From Acaryochloris marina S15 (GTDB lineage: Bacteria > Cyanobacteriota > Cyanobacteriia > Thermosynechococcales > Thermosynechococcaceae), in NCBI RefSeq assembly GCF_018336915.1, contig NZ_CP064923.1, positions 3,570,001 to 3,602,000 of the forward strand: a stretch of 32,000 nucleotides of DNA. The letters are read 5' to 3'. Made by a program: the position numbers and the translations under genes. Under the pieces are notes generated by a model. It was not told the DNA's origin, made no database searches, and worked only from the letters and a program-made list of their open reading frames with translations. Of the stretch, positions 8,066-17,500 are shown one piece after another; position 1 is the stretch's first letter, and each line of letters opens with the position of its first letter.

Positions 8066-9079
8066 CTAGCGAAACATACTGCTAACAGAACTGTCTTCAT
8101 GCACCCGCCAGATAGTCTCACCTAGCAGACTAGCCACCGATAGCACCCGCAACTGGGGAAAATGGCGTTCAGGGGGAATGGGGGTCGTATTGGTGACGAT
8201 CACCTCTTCAAACAATCCTGTTACCGATAAACGCTCAATGGCTGGGGGAGAGAAAATAGCGTGGGTGGCACAAGCATATACCTGGCGAGCCCCTTCTTTA
8301 CGAAGGAGTCGGGCCGCAGCAGAGATAGTGCCGGCCGTGTCGATCATGTCATCCACTAAAACAGCCGTTTTCCCTTGGACATCACCGACCACATTCATCA
8401 CTTCGGCGACATTATGGGCCTGACGGCGTTTATCAATAATGGCTAATGGGGCATCGTCTAGCTTCTTGGCAAAGGCACGGGCTCTGGCCACGCCCCCCAC
8501 ATCAGGGGAAACCACCACTAGGTCGGGTAACTCCTTCCGAGCCAAGTAATCCAAAAGCACGGGAGACCCATAAACATGATCTACCGGGATATCGAAATAG
8601 CCTTGAATTTGAGCGGAGTGTAGGTCCATCGCCAGGATGCGACTGGCTCCTGCTTGGGTAATTAAGTTGGCGACTAGCTTGGCCGTAATGGATTCTCGAC
8701 CGGCTGTCTTACGATCAGCCCTTGAATATCCGTAGTAAGGCAGCACTGCCGTAATTTGCCTGGCAGATGCCCGGCGACAGGCATCGATAATAATCAGCAA
8801 CTCCATCAAATTGTCATTGACAGGATGGCAGGAGGGCTGAATCAGATAGACATCGCAACCGCGAATCGATTCTTGAATTTGGACGTAAAGTTCGCCATCT
8901 GCAAAGCGCTTTCGAACCATGGGGCCCAAATCAACGCCTAGGTAGCGGGCCACTTCTTGGGCCAGCGAAACATTGGCAGAACCGGAGAAGATTTTCAACC
9001 GATTATTCTCGGCAACCAAAGGCAGAGGAGGTTGCAGAGTTAGAGTTGCAGGACGGATCACTACGAGTCCCCAAAACAC
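8066..9079 (-). CDS. prs: Ribose-phosphate pyrophosphokinase (PRPP synthetase)
   Basis: LKIFSGSANVSLAQEVARYLG, DLHSAQIQGYFDIPVDH, and the PRPP-binding loop AVLVDDMIDTAGT. The track start is GTG 9079, so the exact start is uncertain. Confidence 0.93.
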   Translation of the reverse strand: MFWGLVVIRPATLTLQPPLPLVAENNRLKIFSGSANVSLAQEVARYLGVDLGPMVRKRFADGELYVQIQESIRGCDVYLIQPSCHPVNDNLMELLIIIDACRRASARQITAVLPYYGYSRADRKTAGRESITAKLVANLITQAGASRILAMDLHSAQIQGYFDIPVDHVYGSPVLLDYLARKELPDLVVVSPDVGGVARARAFAKKLDDAPLAIIDKRRQAHNVAEVMNVVGDVQGKTAVLVDDMIDTAGTISAAARLLRKEGARQVYACATHAIFSPPAIERLSVTGLFEEVIVTNTTPIPPERHFPQLRVLSVASLLGETIWRVHEDSSVSSMFR

Positions 9080-9192
9080 ATTCTAGGCAATCTTAACATC
9101 CCAAATTGCCCTTAACGCAGTTGAGAATTGTGAGTTTTAATTAAATTCCTCTGAGGGATCCTAATATACCTAAAATACTAGGTGAAAAAAAC

Positions 9193-10509
9193 TTAAGAAC
9201 GACCTGGACGACGTTTTTGTAAGAAGTCAGGGATGTCAAGATTGCCCCCTCGACTTGGAGGTCGCTGAGTCACCGTTTTGGGAGCAGCTTTCTGCTGTTG
9301 TTCAGGCTTGGCAGAGATCTTAGCTTTTGGTTTTGCCTCTGATTTACGAGGCGAGTCACCTGCTTCGCTCGAAAAGCCTGTAGCGATCACGGTCATCCTG
9401 ATCTCACCTTGGAGAGAATCATCAATCACAGCACCGAAAATGATATTGGCACTGGCATCTACCACTTCGTAGATAGTTTCAGCCGCGGTATTTACCTCAT
9501 GCAGCGATAAATCATTCCCGCCCGTAATGTTAAAGACAACCCCTTTTGCTCCTCGGATCGAAGCATCGAGTAGTGGAGAATCGATGGCTGCGATGGCTGC
9601 TTCCTTCGCCCGAGATTTACCAGACCCTACCCCAATTCCCATCATGGCCGAACCCGCATCTGCCATGATGGCTTTGACGTCTGCGAAGTCCACATTCACC
9701 AAACCTGGAACATTGATGATATCGGAAATGCCCTGTACACCTTGCCGGAGAACATCGTCTGCGGTATGAAAGGCTTCTTGTACTGGCGTTTGCTCAGCAA
9801 TCACTGACAGAATCTTATCGTTGGGAATCATAATCAGCGTATCAACCCGAGTTTGCAACGCAGAAATTCCTTCCTCGGCTTGATGGCTACGGCGGCGTCC
9901 TTCAAAGGTGAAAGGGCGAGTGACAACCCCTACTGTGAGCGCTCCCATCTCTTTGGCAATTTCAGCAATAATCGGGGCAGCACCTGTTCCAGTGCCCCCT
10001 CCCATTCCGCAAGTAATAAAGACTAAATCAGACCCTGCTAGTGCCGTAGCAATATCATCACGAGACTCTTCTGCTGCTTTTTGACCAATGGCGGGGTTGC
10101 CGCCTGCCCCCAGACCACGGGTTAACTTTTGGCCGACCTGCAGGCGCTTCGCCGCAGACGACAGGGTTAAGGACTGGGCATCCGTATTAATAGACCAAAA
10201 TTCTACGCCAGAGACATTGCTAGCGATCATGCGATTGACTGCATTTCCCCCACCACCGCCGACACCAATCACCTTAATGGTGGCTGCACCATGTCGAACA
10301 ATGCTGTCATCTTCCATACTCACATCCTTACGAGGTGAAGAGGGGGGAGCGCTGTCCTCAAAGTCAAAAATATTTTCTAAACTCTCCTGAGATCCTGAGT
10401 CAGAACTTTCCCCCGTTCCCCCTAATTGATCCACTGGACCTCCATTAAGGCGGTCATCATTTTCATTTGTGAATAGGGAATCGGTAAAGGTTTGATCTGC
10501 AGGCGTCAT
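9193..10509 (-). CDS. ftsZ: Cell division GTPase FtsZ
   Basis: [17 protein letters not shown], tubulin signature [12 protein letters not shown] and NVDFADV. ATG at 10509. Long acidic N-terminal extension as in cyanobacterial FtsZ. Confidence 0.97.
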   Translation of the reverse strand: MTPADQTFTDSLFTNENDDRLNGGPVDQLGGTGESSDSGSQESLENIFDFEDSAPPSSPRKDVSMEDDSIVRHGAATIKVIGVGGGGGNAVNRMIASNVSGVEFWSINTDAQSLTLSSAAKRLQVGQKLTRGLGAGGNPAIGQKAAEESRDDIATALAGSDLVFITCGMGGGTGTGAAPIIAEIAKEMGALTVGVVTRPFTFEGRRRSHQAEEGISALQTRVDTLIMIPNDKILSVIAEQTPVQEAFHTADDVLRQGVQGISDIINVPGLVNVDFADVKAIMADAGSAMMGIGVGSGKSRAKEAAIAAIDSPLLDASIRGAKGVVFNITGGNDLSLHEVNTAAETIYEVVDASANIIFGAVIDDSLQGEIRMTVIATGFSSEAGDSPRKSEAKPKAKISAKPEQQQKAAPKTVTQRPPSRGGNLDIPDFLQKRRPGRS

Positions 10510-10676
10510 TTTGACTAGTTATGAACAGCAAAAAATGGATGGGCGATCTTCGTTACTCAACTATAGGACAAGTTCCTCCAAAAACCAATTGAGCGATATT
10601 GGCTGTAAACCTCTTGATTCTGACGGGTAAAAACCCGTTTCACTGCATTTTTGAAAAACAGAAGTTTTTCTTAAGG

Positions 10677-11603
10677 TTAAGGACTGGGTTGTGATTGTTT
10701 CCGTAATTCTAGAACGGGACTTTCAGGATTCTGTACATCAATATAAACAATCTGCTTTGGATCGACTGATTTTGGTAAGGTTCGCATTTCATCTAAGGCC
10801 TGAAGTTGCCGATCAAAATTGTCACTAAATGGACCAATATGAATCTGGCCCAATTTAGTTTGCAACATCAGTTTATTAGGGTTTTCCCAATTGAGATGTT
10901 TAATCTGAACAGGGCTAGTCTCCATCGAGGCATATATCTGCTGCCATTGACGTTGTCTTTGATAATCAATCGAAACGAGTTGCGTCGCAGAATCGGCAGG
11001 CGTATTTTTCGAGGTATCCTCTTTGGCTTCAGGTTGTAAATAGCCTTTCAAGGTGAGTTTGGGAAGTTGATGGGCTTTTTCCAGCTTGGGATAACTATCG
11101 GCAGGTAAAACGACCCCCCGCTGATCTAATAACCAAACATTGGCAGGGCCAAGGGTGATGGAATCAGTTTGACCGGGCTTCAGGACTAAGGTACATCCTT
11201 TACATTCCGTCATGGCCACAGGGGGGAGTTCCCGAACGACCACGCTGACTCTAGGGGGAAAAAGCTTTCGAGTCACAATCACATGACTGACATGAGCATT
11301 GTTTTTCAGCTGAGAGATCAAGGTTTGCGGCTGAAAGCGAATCAGGGAAGTGGGGAATTCCAGCACCATCAAGTGTTCAAGGGTTTGGCTATCGATTTCT
11401 TCATTCCCCTTAAGGGTGACTTGATTTGATTGTTGAATTTGCCATTCGGGCTGACAGACCGCCCATCCTAATCCAATTGTCATGCCTAAGATGACCAATG
11501 TCCGCCAAGCTCGTCGCCGAAATTTTTGTTTGCGCTGGCGAATGAGTTGCTGTTGTCGATCTCTAATATTGACGATTGGAGATTCTGGTGTTGAATCAGT
11601 CAT
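10677..11603 (-). CDS. ftsQ: Cell division protein FtsQ/DivIB-like (single TM plus POTRA-type periplasmic domain)
   Basis: Basic N-terminus followed by one TM (WRTLVILGMTIGLGWAV). Sits immediately upstream of ftsZ on the same strand, the conserved cyanobacterial arrangement. The track start 11612 is TTG; ATG 11603 is preferred. Confidence 0.7.
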   Translation of the reverse strand: MTDSTPESPIVNIRDRQQQLIRQRKQKFRRRAWRTLVILGMTIGLGWAVCQPEWQIQQSNQVTLKGNEEIDSQTLEHLMVLEFPTSLIRFQPQTLISQLKNNAHVSHVIVTRKLFPPRVSVVVRELPPVAMTECKGCTLVLKPGQTDSITLGPANVWLLDQRGVVLPADSYPKLEKAHQLPKLTLKGYLQPEAKEDTSKNTPADSATQLVSIDYQRQRQWQQIYASMETSPVQIKHLNWENPNKLMLQTKLGQIHIGPFSDNFDRQLQALDEMRTLPKSVDPKQIVYIDVQNPESPVLELRKQSQPSP

Positions 11604-11881
11604 GTTGCTCAAAGACTAGATTGGCTGGACTCTTTAAAGAAATAGATTATCTTCAGCATCATTGGGTGAGAAACGAATGCTCAGGGCATCTACTCAATTA
11701 AAAGCTGCCTGATTCCTGCTGGCAAGAGCATAGCGGTTATGGCAAGCATTCACTAGGTTCTCCTCCTTCGCTAAGCTGGAAACCCGTCTCACTTCGGGTT
11801 AGATATCTGTTTGATGCGGTGGAAGTACTGCTTCAAGCGGGCAAGATACAGACATAGACCTCGTGTTATTGGGTTCACTTT

Positions 11882-12889
11882 ATGGTGTTCATTCGTATTC
11901 CTAAGCCTTGGCAGGTAGAGTCGCAGCCGATCACTTCAGAGACTGCTTATTGGCATCGGCGACGGTTTCTGAAAAATATGATTGGCTTTGGCATCGGTGC
12001 AACCGTTTTTCCTAGCATTAGCTGTTCTCAGTCAGATAGCGAGATTGAGCCAGAACTCCAGGCAACGTTACCTCAAGGCCAGCTGCCGAATGTCAAACGG
12101 TCTCCGATCTATACTGGACAGGGACTGACAGTGACTCCAGAGGCTAAAACGAGCCGCTATAACAATTTCTATGAATTTGGCGGTACGAAAGATATTTGGC
12201 AAGCCGCTCAAGCCTTACCTACAGATCCTTGGAAAGTGGAGGTAACGGGATTGGTGAACCGGCCTCAAACCTATGATTTAGATGACTTGATCCAGAAATT
12301 TCCGTTAGAAGAACGCATCTACCGATTTCGATGTGTTGAAGCCTGGGCCATGGTGGTGCCGTGGTTGGGATTCCCGATGCGATCGCTAATTCAAGACGTC
12401 GATCCTAAGTCCAATGCCAAGTTTGTCCGCTTTACGTCTTACTACGATCCCCAGGTAACCCCTGGCCCTGGGGGGTTTACGGATTCAAGCGGATTGCCCT
12501 GGCCTTACACCGAAAGCTTGCGCATTGATGAAATGGCCCATGACTTAGCCTTTTTTGCGGTGGGGATTTATGGCCACCTGCTACCAAAACAGCATGGAGC
12601 ACCGATCCGCATGGTTACCCCTTGGAAATATGGATTCAAGGGAGCGAAATCCATTGTCAAAATTGAGTTTATGAACTTTCAGCCCCCCACCTTCTGGAAT
12701 GCGTTGGCTCCCGATGAATATGGGTTTGAAGCCAATGTCAACCCAAATATTCCTCATCCTCGCTGGTCCCAAGCAGAGGAGCGCTTGATTGGTACCGGGG
12801 TGCATCCAGCCGTATGGGAGCGGCAGCCTACTTTGATCTATAACGGCTATCCAGAAGTGGTCCCATTATACGGAGGGGTCTTGAACTAG
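11882..12889 (+). CDS. msrP: Protein-methionine-sulfoxide reductase catalytic subunit MsrP (YedY-type molybdopterin oxidoreductase)
   Basis: Twin-arginine signal HRRRFLKNMIGFGIGA. YNNFYEFG, RFRCVEAWAMVVPWLGFP and KQHGAPIRMVTPWKYGFKGAKSI are YedY/MsrP hallmarks. Confidence 0.88.
   Translation: MVFIRIPKPWQVESQPITSETAYWHRRRFLKNMIGFGIGATVFPSISCSQSDSEIEPELQATLPQGQLPNVKRSPIYTGQGLTVTPEAKTSRYNNFYEFGGTKDIWQAAQALPTDPWKVEVTGLVNRPQTYDLDDLIQKFPLEERIYRFRCVEAWAMVVPWLGFPMRSLIQDVDPKSNAKFVRFTSYYDPQVTPGPGGFTDSSGLPWPYTESLRIDEMAHDLAFFAVGIYGHLLPKQHGAPIRMVTPWKYGFKGAKSIVKIEFMNFQPPTFWNALAPDEYGFEANVNPNIPHPRWSQAEERLIGTGVHPAVWERQPTLIYNGYPEVVPLYGGVLN
12379..12386. repeat. HIP1 octamer GCGATCGC
   Basis: Exact match read from the sequence. 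Confidence 0.95.
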
Positions 12890-13780
12890 TTCCTTCAACA
12901 TCTGGCGTAAAGACTGCCGCCAGTGGGGAGCAGGTTTGCCAAGAATGGGGGTGATTTTGCTATTACTCAAGACGGAATAGGCTGGCCTTGGGGCAGGTAA
13001 TGGATATTCAGATGTGGTGATGGGGATGACCCGTTCGATCTGGAGGGGGAAGCCCAGGCTCTGGGCTTCGGCAAAGATAGCGACGGCGAAATCATACCAA
13101 CTGGCAACCCCTCGATTGGTGAAATGGTAGGTGCCATAGATTTCTGCTTGAGTGGCTGAATCTGAGCTGGACCAGTGATGTATTAAGGATGCGATCGCAT
13201 CTCCAATATCCTTAGCCCAAGTGGGCGATCCAATTTGGTCATCCACAACCCGAACGTCTGATCGCTCCTTGCCGAGTCGCAACATCGTTTTCACAAAATT
13301 ACCTTTACCTTGGGTACCGTAAACCCAGGCCGTTCTTAGAATAATATGCTGATTCCAGATATGGCGAATGCCCTCTTCTCCTTGCCATTTTGAATGACCA
13401 TAGACACTTTGAGGATGGGGAGAATCGGATTCAGTGTAAGGATGACCTTGAGTCCCATCAAACACATAGTCTGTCGAAATATGGACGAGTAACGCTCCTA
13501 ATGTCTTGGCAATTTCGGCTAGGACTGTAGGGGATTTTTGATTTACTGTATGAGCCAATTCAGCCTCTGATTCAGCCCGGTCAACCGCCGTATAAGCTGC
13601 GGCATTAACGATAATGTCTGGCTGAACGGGTAGGATCACTTCGTGTAATTGTTCAGGGATAGCCAGGTTGACCGTCTCTTTTCCCACAGCAATCAGTTCA
13701 ACCATCGTTGGCAAAGCTTTTTGTAATTCTTGGCCTAATTGTCCTTGTGCACCAAGCAGGAGAATGCGGGACTTTGCCAT
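12866..13780 (-). CDS. rfbD: dTDP-4-dehydrorhamnose reductase
   Basis: N-terminal Rossmann motif ILLLGAQGQLGQEL, STDYVFDG, YGHSKWQGE (YxxxK). 304 aa. Confidence 0.9.
   Translation of the reverse strand: MAKSRILLLGAQGQLGQELQKALPTMVELIAVGKETVNLAIPEQLHEVILPVQPDIIVNAAAYTAVDRAESEAELAHTVNQKSPTVLAEIAKTLGALLVHISTDYVFDGTQGHPYTESDSPHPQSVYGHSKWQGEEGIRHIWNQHIILRTAWVYGTQGKGNFVKTMLRLGKERSDVRVVDDQIGSPTWAKDIGDAIASLIHHWSSSDSATQAEIYGTYHFTNRGVASWYDFAVAIFAEAQSLGFPLQIERVIPITTSEYPLPAPRPAYSVLSNSKITPILGKPAPHWRQSLRQMLKELVQDPSV
13191..13198. repeat. HIP1 octamer GCGATCGC
   Basis: Exact match read from the sequence. Confidence 0.95.
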
Positions 13781-13982
13781 GAGGAATTCCTATCGTGCAC
13801 TAACACGGATCCTATCTTGTTCAAAGAACAGATATCTACTAGCTGCTTCAAAGAAGAAGGTACAGATCCAAATCACGACTTGATATTTCTCACCGCAGTA
13901 GTATGTGAGTGAAAGGTACTGGAGCTGATGTTAATTCAGGCCGTTCATCTCCATATGCAGCGCAAGAAAAATTGCTGCCCAG

Positions 13983-13999
13983 GGTAGTCTAGGACTACC
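13983..13999. promoter_or_regulatory. Perfect palindrome GGTAGTC-TAG-GACTACC just upstream of the glycosyltransferase start
   Basis: Read directly: 7-bp arms, 3-bp centre, ending 15 nt before ATG 14015. Confidence 0.3.
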
Positions 14000-14014
14000 A
14001 TTGCCGACCCAATT

Positions 14015-15220
14015 ATGACTACGGTTGCTTATCTGATAAATCAATACCCCAAGGTCAGTCATAGCTTTATTCGCCGTGAAATTTTGGCCTTAGAAGCCCA
14101 GGGGATTAATATTCGACGTTATTCCATTCGTTCATGTCCTGATCAGCTCGTCGACCCAGATGATATAGCAGAGCTAGATAAAACTCAAGTTCTGCTATCC
14201 GTTGGCGTCTTGGGGCTTGTTTTGGCATTTATTTGGGTCATGTTTAGCCGCCCCAGAGCCTTTGTCAAGGCTCTGGGGTTAACCCTTAAGATCGGTTGGA
14301 ATTCTGATCGGGGCTTGTGGCGGCACTTTATCTATTTAGCAGAAGCGAGTGTTTTCCTATTTTGGCTGGGCGTTGCAGGGGTTGATCATGTCCATGCCCA
14401 TTTCGGCACGAACCCTGCTGCCGTTGCCATGTTGTGTCATGCGTTGGGTGGGCCTTCCTATAGCTTTACGGTGCATGGGCCCGACGAATTTGATAAACCC
14501 CAGATTCTCCACTTAGCGACCAAGGTTGCCCATGCTAATTTTGTGGTGGCAGTTAGCTCCTTTGGCCAAAGCCAACTCTATCGTTGGAGTAACCCTCAAC
14601 ATTGGTCCAAAATACACATCGTTCGCTGTGGATTAGATCAAATATTTTTGCATCAACCCCCTACCGCGTTGCCAGAAACGCCGCATATTGTTTGTATTGG
14701 CCGTCTTTGTCCTGCAAAGGGACAACTTTTGCTGGTTGAGGCTGTTTCCCAGTTGATCCAAGAAGGAGTCGAAATTAAGTTAACTTTGGTCGGAGATGGT
14801 GAATCCCGTACTGCCATAGAATCTGCCATTGCAGCAGCACATTTGGAAGAGGTGATCACTATCACAGGATGGGTGAGTAGTATCCATATTCGGAACTATT
14901 TACTAGGGGCCAAAGTTAAAGTTTTACCGAGCTTTGCAGAAGGTTTACCCGTAGTTTTAATGGAGGCTTTAGCCCTTAGACGCCCCGTAATTTCCACTTA
15001 TATTGCTGGCATCCCTGAATTAGTAAAACCTAATAATGGCTGGTTGATTCCAGCAGGTTCGGTTTCAGCTTTGAAGGATGCTATCCGAGTCAGTTTAACT
15101 ACCAGCACGGTCAAACTCCAAGAAATGGGGGAAGTTGGAGCTGAACAGGTAAATGCGGATCACAATATAGAAACTGAGGTGGTGAAACTCTCTCAATTAT
15201 TTGCAGCGCATCGGCCTTAG
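14015..15220 (+). CDS. Group 1 (GT4) glycosyltransferase, WcaL/exopolysaccharide-type
   Basis: 401 aa. N-terminus AYLINQYPKVSHSFIRREI and C-terminal PSFAEGLPVVLMEALALRRPVIST (the EX7E-type GT4 region). Confidence 0.8.
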   Translation: MTTVAYLINQYPKVSHSFIRREILALEAQGINIRRYSIRSCPDQLVDPDDIAELDKTQVLLSVGVLGLVLAFIWVMFSRPRAFVKALGLTLKIGWNSDRGLWRHFIYLAEASVFLFWLGVAGVDHVHAHFGTNPAAVAMLCHALGGPSYSFTVHGPDEFDKPQILHLATKVAHANFVVAVSSFGQSQLYRWSNPQHWSKIHIVRCGLDQIFLHQPPTALPETPHIVCIGRLCPAKGQLLLVEAVSQLIQEGVEIKLTLVGDGESRTAIESAIAAAHLEEVITITGWVSSIHIRNYLLGAKVKVLPSFAEGLPVVLMEALALRRPVISTYIAGIPELVKPNNGWLIPAGSVSALKDAIRVSLTTSTVKLQEMGEVGAEQVNADHNIETEVVKLSQLFAAHRP

Positions 15221-15226
15221 AAAGCC

Positions 15227-15532
15227 TTAGATTCTAAAATGCTTAGAGGTATTTACCCAGCTCTGGTTGGGCTGCTGAGGTTCGGCGTTTGTCGTCGAGC
15301 GCAACCACTGAATGAAATGCACTACCCCAACAGCAGTGACCGCTCCCAATGCCAAGCCAACCACCAGCAGAATCCCAAAAAATTTCTGCATCGTCCGTTG
15401 GTTGTCCGCTACGGCTCGGCGGCTATCTTCTGACAGTTCAGCTAAATCTCGTTCTAGATCAGTGTTGCTTCGGCGTTGAGTTGAACGTAAAGACTCAAAT
15501 TCGTCTGGCGGTTGGAAAGGCTGATGACTCAT
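15227..15532 (-). CDS. Hypothetical single-pass membrane protein
   Basis: One TM (FFGILLVVGLALGAVTAVGVVHFI). GGGAG Shine-Dalgarno-like sequence 6-10 nt upstream of ATG 15532. Lies 22-25 nt downstream of the CDF gene on the same strand. No recognisable domain. Confidence 0.5.
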   Translation of the reverse strand: MSHQPFQPPDEFESLRSTQRRSNTDLERDLAELSEDSRRAVADNQRTMQKFFGILLVVGLALGAVTAVGVVHFIQWLRSTTNAEPQQPNQSWVNTSKHFRI

Positions 15533-15557
15533 CACCTAGCTCCCTAGATAGTGCTTA

Positions 15558-16475
15558 TCAGACTACAGAAGCAGCTTCTAGAAAAATTCGCTTGACTTCT
15601 GTGTGAGATTCTCGGATTTTGTGCTCAATACGGCGCGTAGCCGCTTCAATTTCATCAGAAGAGAGGTCATCCCTAAATTCGATGTTCATGGCCAACATTA
15701 TATCTTGAGGGCCAAAATGAAGCGTAATCGGAGACTCCATACGGGTGACGGCATCATCTGATTTAACAATCTGTTTGATGCTTTCGCGGGTTTCGGGTGA
15801 AGCACTTTCACCGATGAGTAAGCCTTTGGTCTCAATGACCAGCACAACGGCAACCACGGTTAGCAATAGCCCGATGACAATAGAGGCAATACTGTCATAT
15901 ATAGAATTGCCCTTCAGTTCGGTCATGAATACGCCGAGAAAGGCAACCCCTAGACCAATCAAGGCGGCACAGTCTTCAAAAATAACGATGAACGAACTGG
16001 GATCTTTGCTGTTGCTTAAAGTTTTCCAGAAGCTGTTGGAGGTCTTCGGCGTGGCCTTATTAAACTCACGAATAGACACAAATAAGGCAATTCCCTCAAA
16101 TACCGCTGAAGAGGCCAAGACGATGTAGCTGAGCCTAGGGTCGTGGGCCGGGGCCTGCACTTGCATGCTGGTAATGCCCTCAAAAATGGAAAGGCCGCCC
16201 CCTAAGGCAAAGATTAAAACGGCAACGATCAAGGACCAAAAATAAAGTTCTTGTCCATAGCCGAGGGGATGCTGTTCATCTGGCTTCGTTTCACTCTTAT
16301 GAAGACCATAGAGCAGTAGCACTTCGTTGGTCGAATCCACTACGGAATGAATGCCTTCCGATAACATGGCAGAACTGCCGCTAATTCCAGCCCCGATAAA
16401 CTTAGCGATGCCAATGGCAATGTTGGCAGCCATGGCTGCATAGATTGAAACCTTAGACGAGTGCGCGTTAGACAT
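15558..16475 (-). CDS. Cation diffusion facilitator (CDF) family metal efflux transporter
   Basis: 305 aa. TM2 motif SEGIHSVVDSTNE, six hydrophobic segments, and a C-terminal cytoplasmic domain. Confidence 0.88.
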   Translation of the reverse strand: MSNAHSSKVSIYAAMAANIAIGIAKFIGAGISGSSAMLSEGIHSVVDSTNEVLLLYGLHKSETKPDEQHPLGYGQELYFWSLIVAVLIFALGGGLSIFEGITSMQVQAPAHDPRLSYIVLASSAVFEGIALFVSIREFNKATPKTSNSFWKTLSNSKDPSSFIVIFEDCAALIGLGVAFLGVFMTELKGNSIYDSIASIVIGLLLTVVAVVLVIETKGLLIGESASPETRESIKQIVKSDDAVTRMESPITLHFGPQDIMLAMNIEFRDDLSSDEIEAATRRIEHKIRESHTEVKRIFLEAASVV

Positions 16476-16515
16476 AAAAGTGAAGTTCAGTCGCTAGTTC
16501 AGATCGGTTTAAGGG

Positions 16516-16650
16516 TAAGAGAGTGGAATCGTTGATGATGGCCTGCAAGCCCCCCAAAAAACTGTTTTTCCCATCACCGAGATGGGTCACTAACAATAGT
16601 GCCCTGGCTTGCCCCACTTTTCCACTCTTAGTCACTTTCTAGGGGGGCTT
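16516..16650 (-). promoter_or_regulatory. Structured leader / intergenic RNA candidate upstream of the CDF transporter
   Basis: AAGCCCCCC (16547..16555) pairs with GGGGGGCTT (16642..16650). TAAGAGAGTGGAA (16516..16528) pairs with TTCCACTCTTA (16620..16630), 11 bp with a 2-nt bulge. There is also a local hairpin CCCATC-ACCGA-GATGGG (16570..16586). The two long-range pairings cross each other. Confidence 0.3.
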
Positions 16651-16655
16651 TGATA

Positions 16656-17198
16656 CTATTTCTGACTCAGTTTCTGGGTATTGGTGACCAAACTTTGGGC
16701 AAATGAATCTAACCGCTCTGCCAATTTTTCGTCCATTAATTTGCCGTCTTCATCAAAAGCCCGCCAAGCTTGACCGATGGCAAGTTGCTCTGGAATGACC
16801 CAGGCGTGAACCCATCGCATAATCAGTCGCATTTCATTGAGGGCATTGCTATTGGGCTGTCCCCCCAAAACGCTGATCAACCCGGTAACCTTACCACTTA
16901 GCTCTGTAAAGCCCATTAAGTCCAGGGCATTTTTGATGACGCCACTGACGCTGCCATGATATTCCGGGGTGGCCAAAATTAGACCATCAGCTGCGGTGAC
17001 CACCTCTTGCAAAATATGAACGTCTGGAAACTCTGAATAGTCTTTGCCACCATCACAAAAAGGTAGCTTCATCGTTCTCAAATCCAAGATTTGAATATCA
17101 GCACCCAGGGCTTGAACTCGCTCGGCTGCTAATTCTAGCGCCATCATGCTGTAAGAAGCGGTTCTGAGGCTACCGCCAATGCCAACAATTTTGGTCAT
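16656..17198 (-). CDS. NAD(P)H-dependent FMN reductase family oxidoreductase
   Basis: MTKIVGIGGSLRTASYS (flavodoxin-like phosphate loop) and LILATPEYHGSVSGVIKNALD. The track start 17213 is GTG; ATG 17198 is preferred. Confidence 0.85.
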   Translation of the reverse strand: MTKIVGIGGSLRTASYSMMALELAAERVQALGADIQILDLRTMKLPFCDGGKDYSEFPDVHILQEVVTAADGLILATPEYHGSVSGVIKNALDLMGFTELSGKVTGLISVLGGQPNSNALNEMRLIMRWVHAWVIPEQLAIGQAWRAFDEDGKLMDEKLAERLDSFAQSLVTNTQKLSQK

Positions 17199-17212
17199 GG
17201 GTATTTCACTCA

Positions 17213-17222
17213 CAGAGGATTA
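17213..17222 (+). repeat. Left copy of the 10-nt direct repeat CAGAGGATTA
   Basis: Identical 10-mer at 18469..18478 (11 of 12 matches if extended 2 nt to the left). The two copies bracket the AT-rich two-ORF islet. Confidence 0.4.
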
Positions 17223-17500
17223 CTCAGAGTCTAGCGAAACTGGTACTGGGTTAGCTTATCTTGCCGTAATAGAAGAGATGGATCCTCTCATTTTGCTTTG
17301 AGGAGTAAGAAACCACAGCATCGTTTGCTAGTGAGGGAGATCTAGTCGTAAATGGCATGACGGTTGTCGTGGGTCACCCGTTGATAAGAGAAACTATTGC
17401 ATTTAGGCAAAAGGCACAGCGGGGAAATTCCACGGCGAATGCCGATATTGCTCAAGTCTTATGAGATGCAGTTGCAGTAGTTAAAATATTTTTCAGTGAG

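Noticed and set aside
10620-10672. Two small hairpins between ftsQ and ftsZ: ACGGGT-AAAA-ACCCGT at 10623..10638 and GAAAAAC-AGAA-GTTTTTC at 10653..10670.
   Set aside because: The stems are short and one is all A/T. There is no U-tract on the minus strand, so I do not call a terminator or attenuator. ftsQ-ftsZ read-through is the simpler expectation.
11604-11881. Possible Moco riboswitch in the 278-nt region upstream of the molybdoenzyme gene msrP. A hairpin AACCCG-N8-CGGGTT sits near 11782..11801.
   Set aside because: I cannot match the conserved Moco-motif nucleotides from memory, and a single 6-bp hairpin is not evidence. A cmscan against Rfam RF01055 would decide.
15745-16128. 127-aa antisense ORF inside the CDF gene. 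There are similar shadow ORFs at 1484..1741, 8178..8423, 9527..9769, 10088..10390, 18726..19088, 21575..21892, 22983..23312, 27249..27557 and 27720..28055.
   Set aside because: All are embedded in, or antisense to, genes with strong family motifs. They have low-complexity or Ser/Pro/Arg-rich translations and no motifs. I treat them as frame shadows.
16476-16655. Assigning the CDF leader to the czcD (NiCo) or yybP-ykoY riboswitch class.
   Set aside because: I could not recognise either consensus in the sequence. I report only the raw complementarities as a finding, without a class name.
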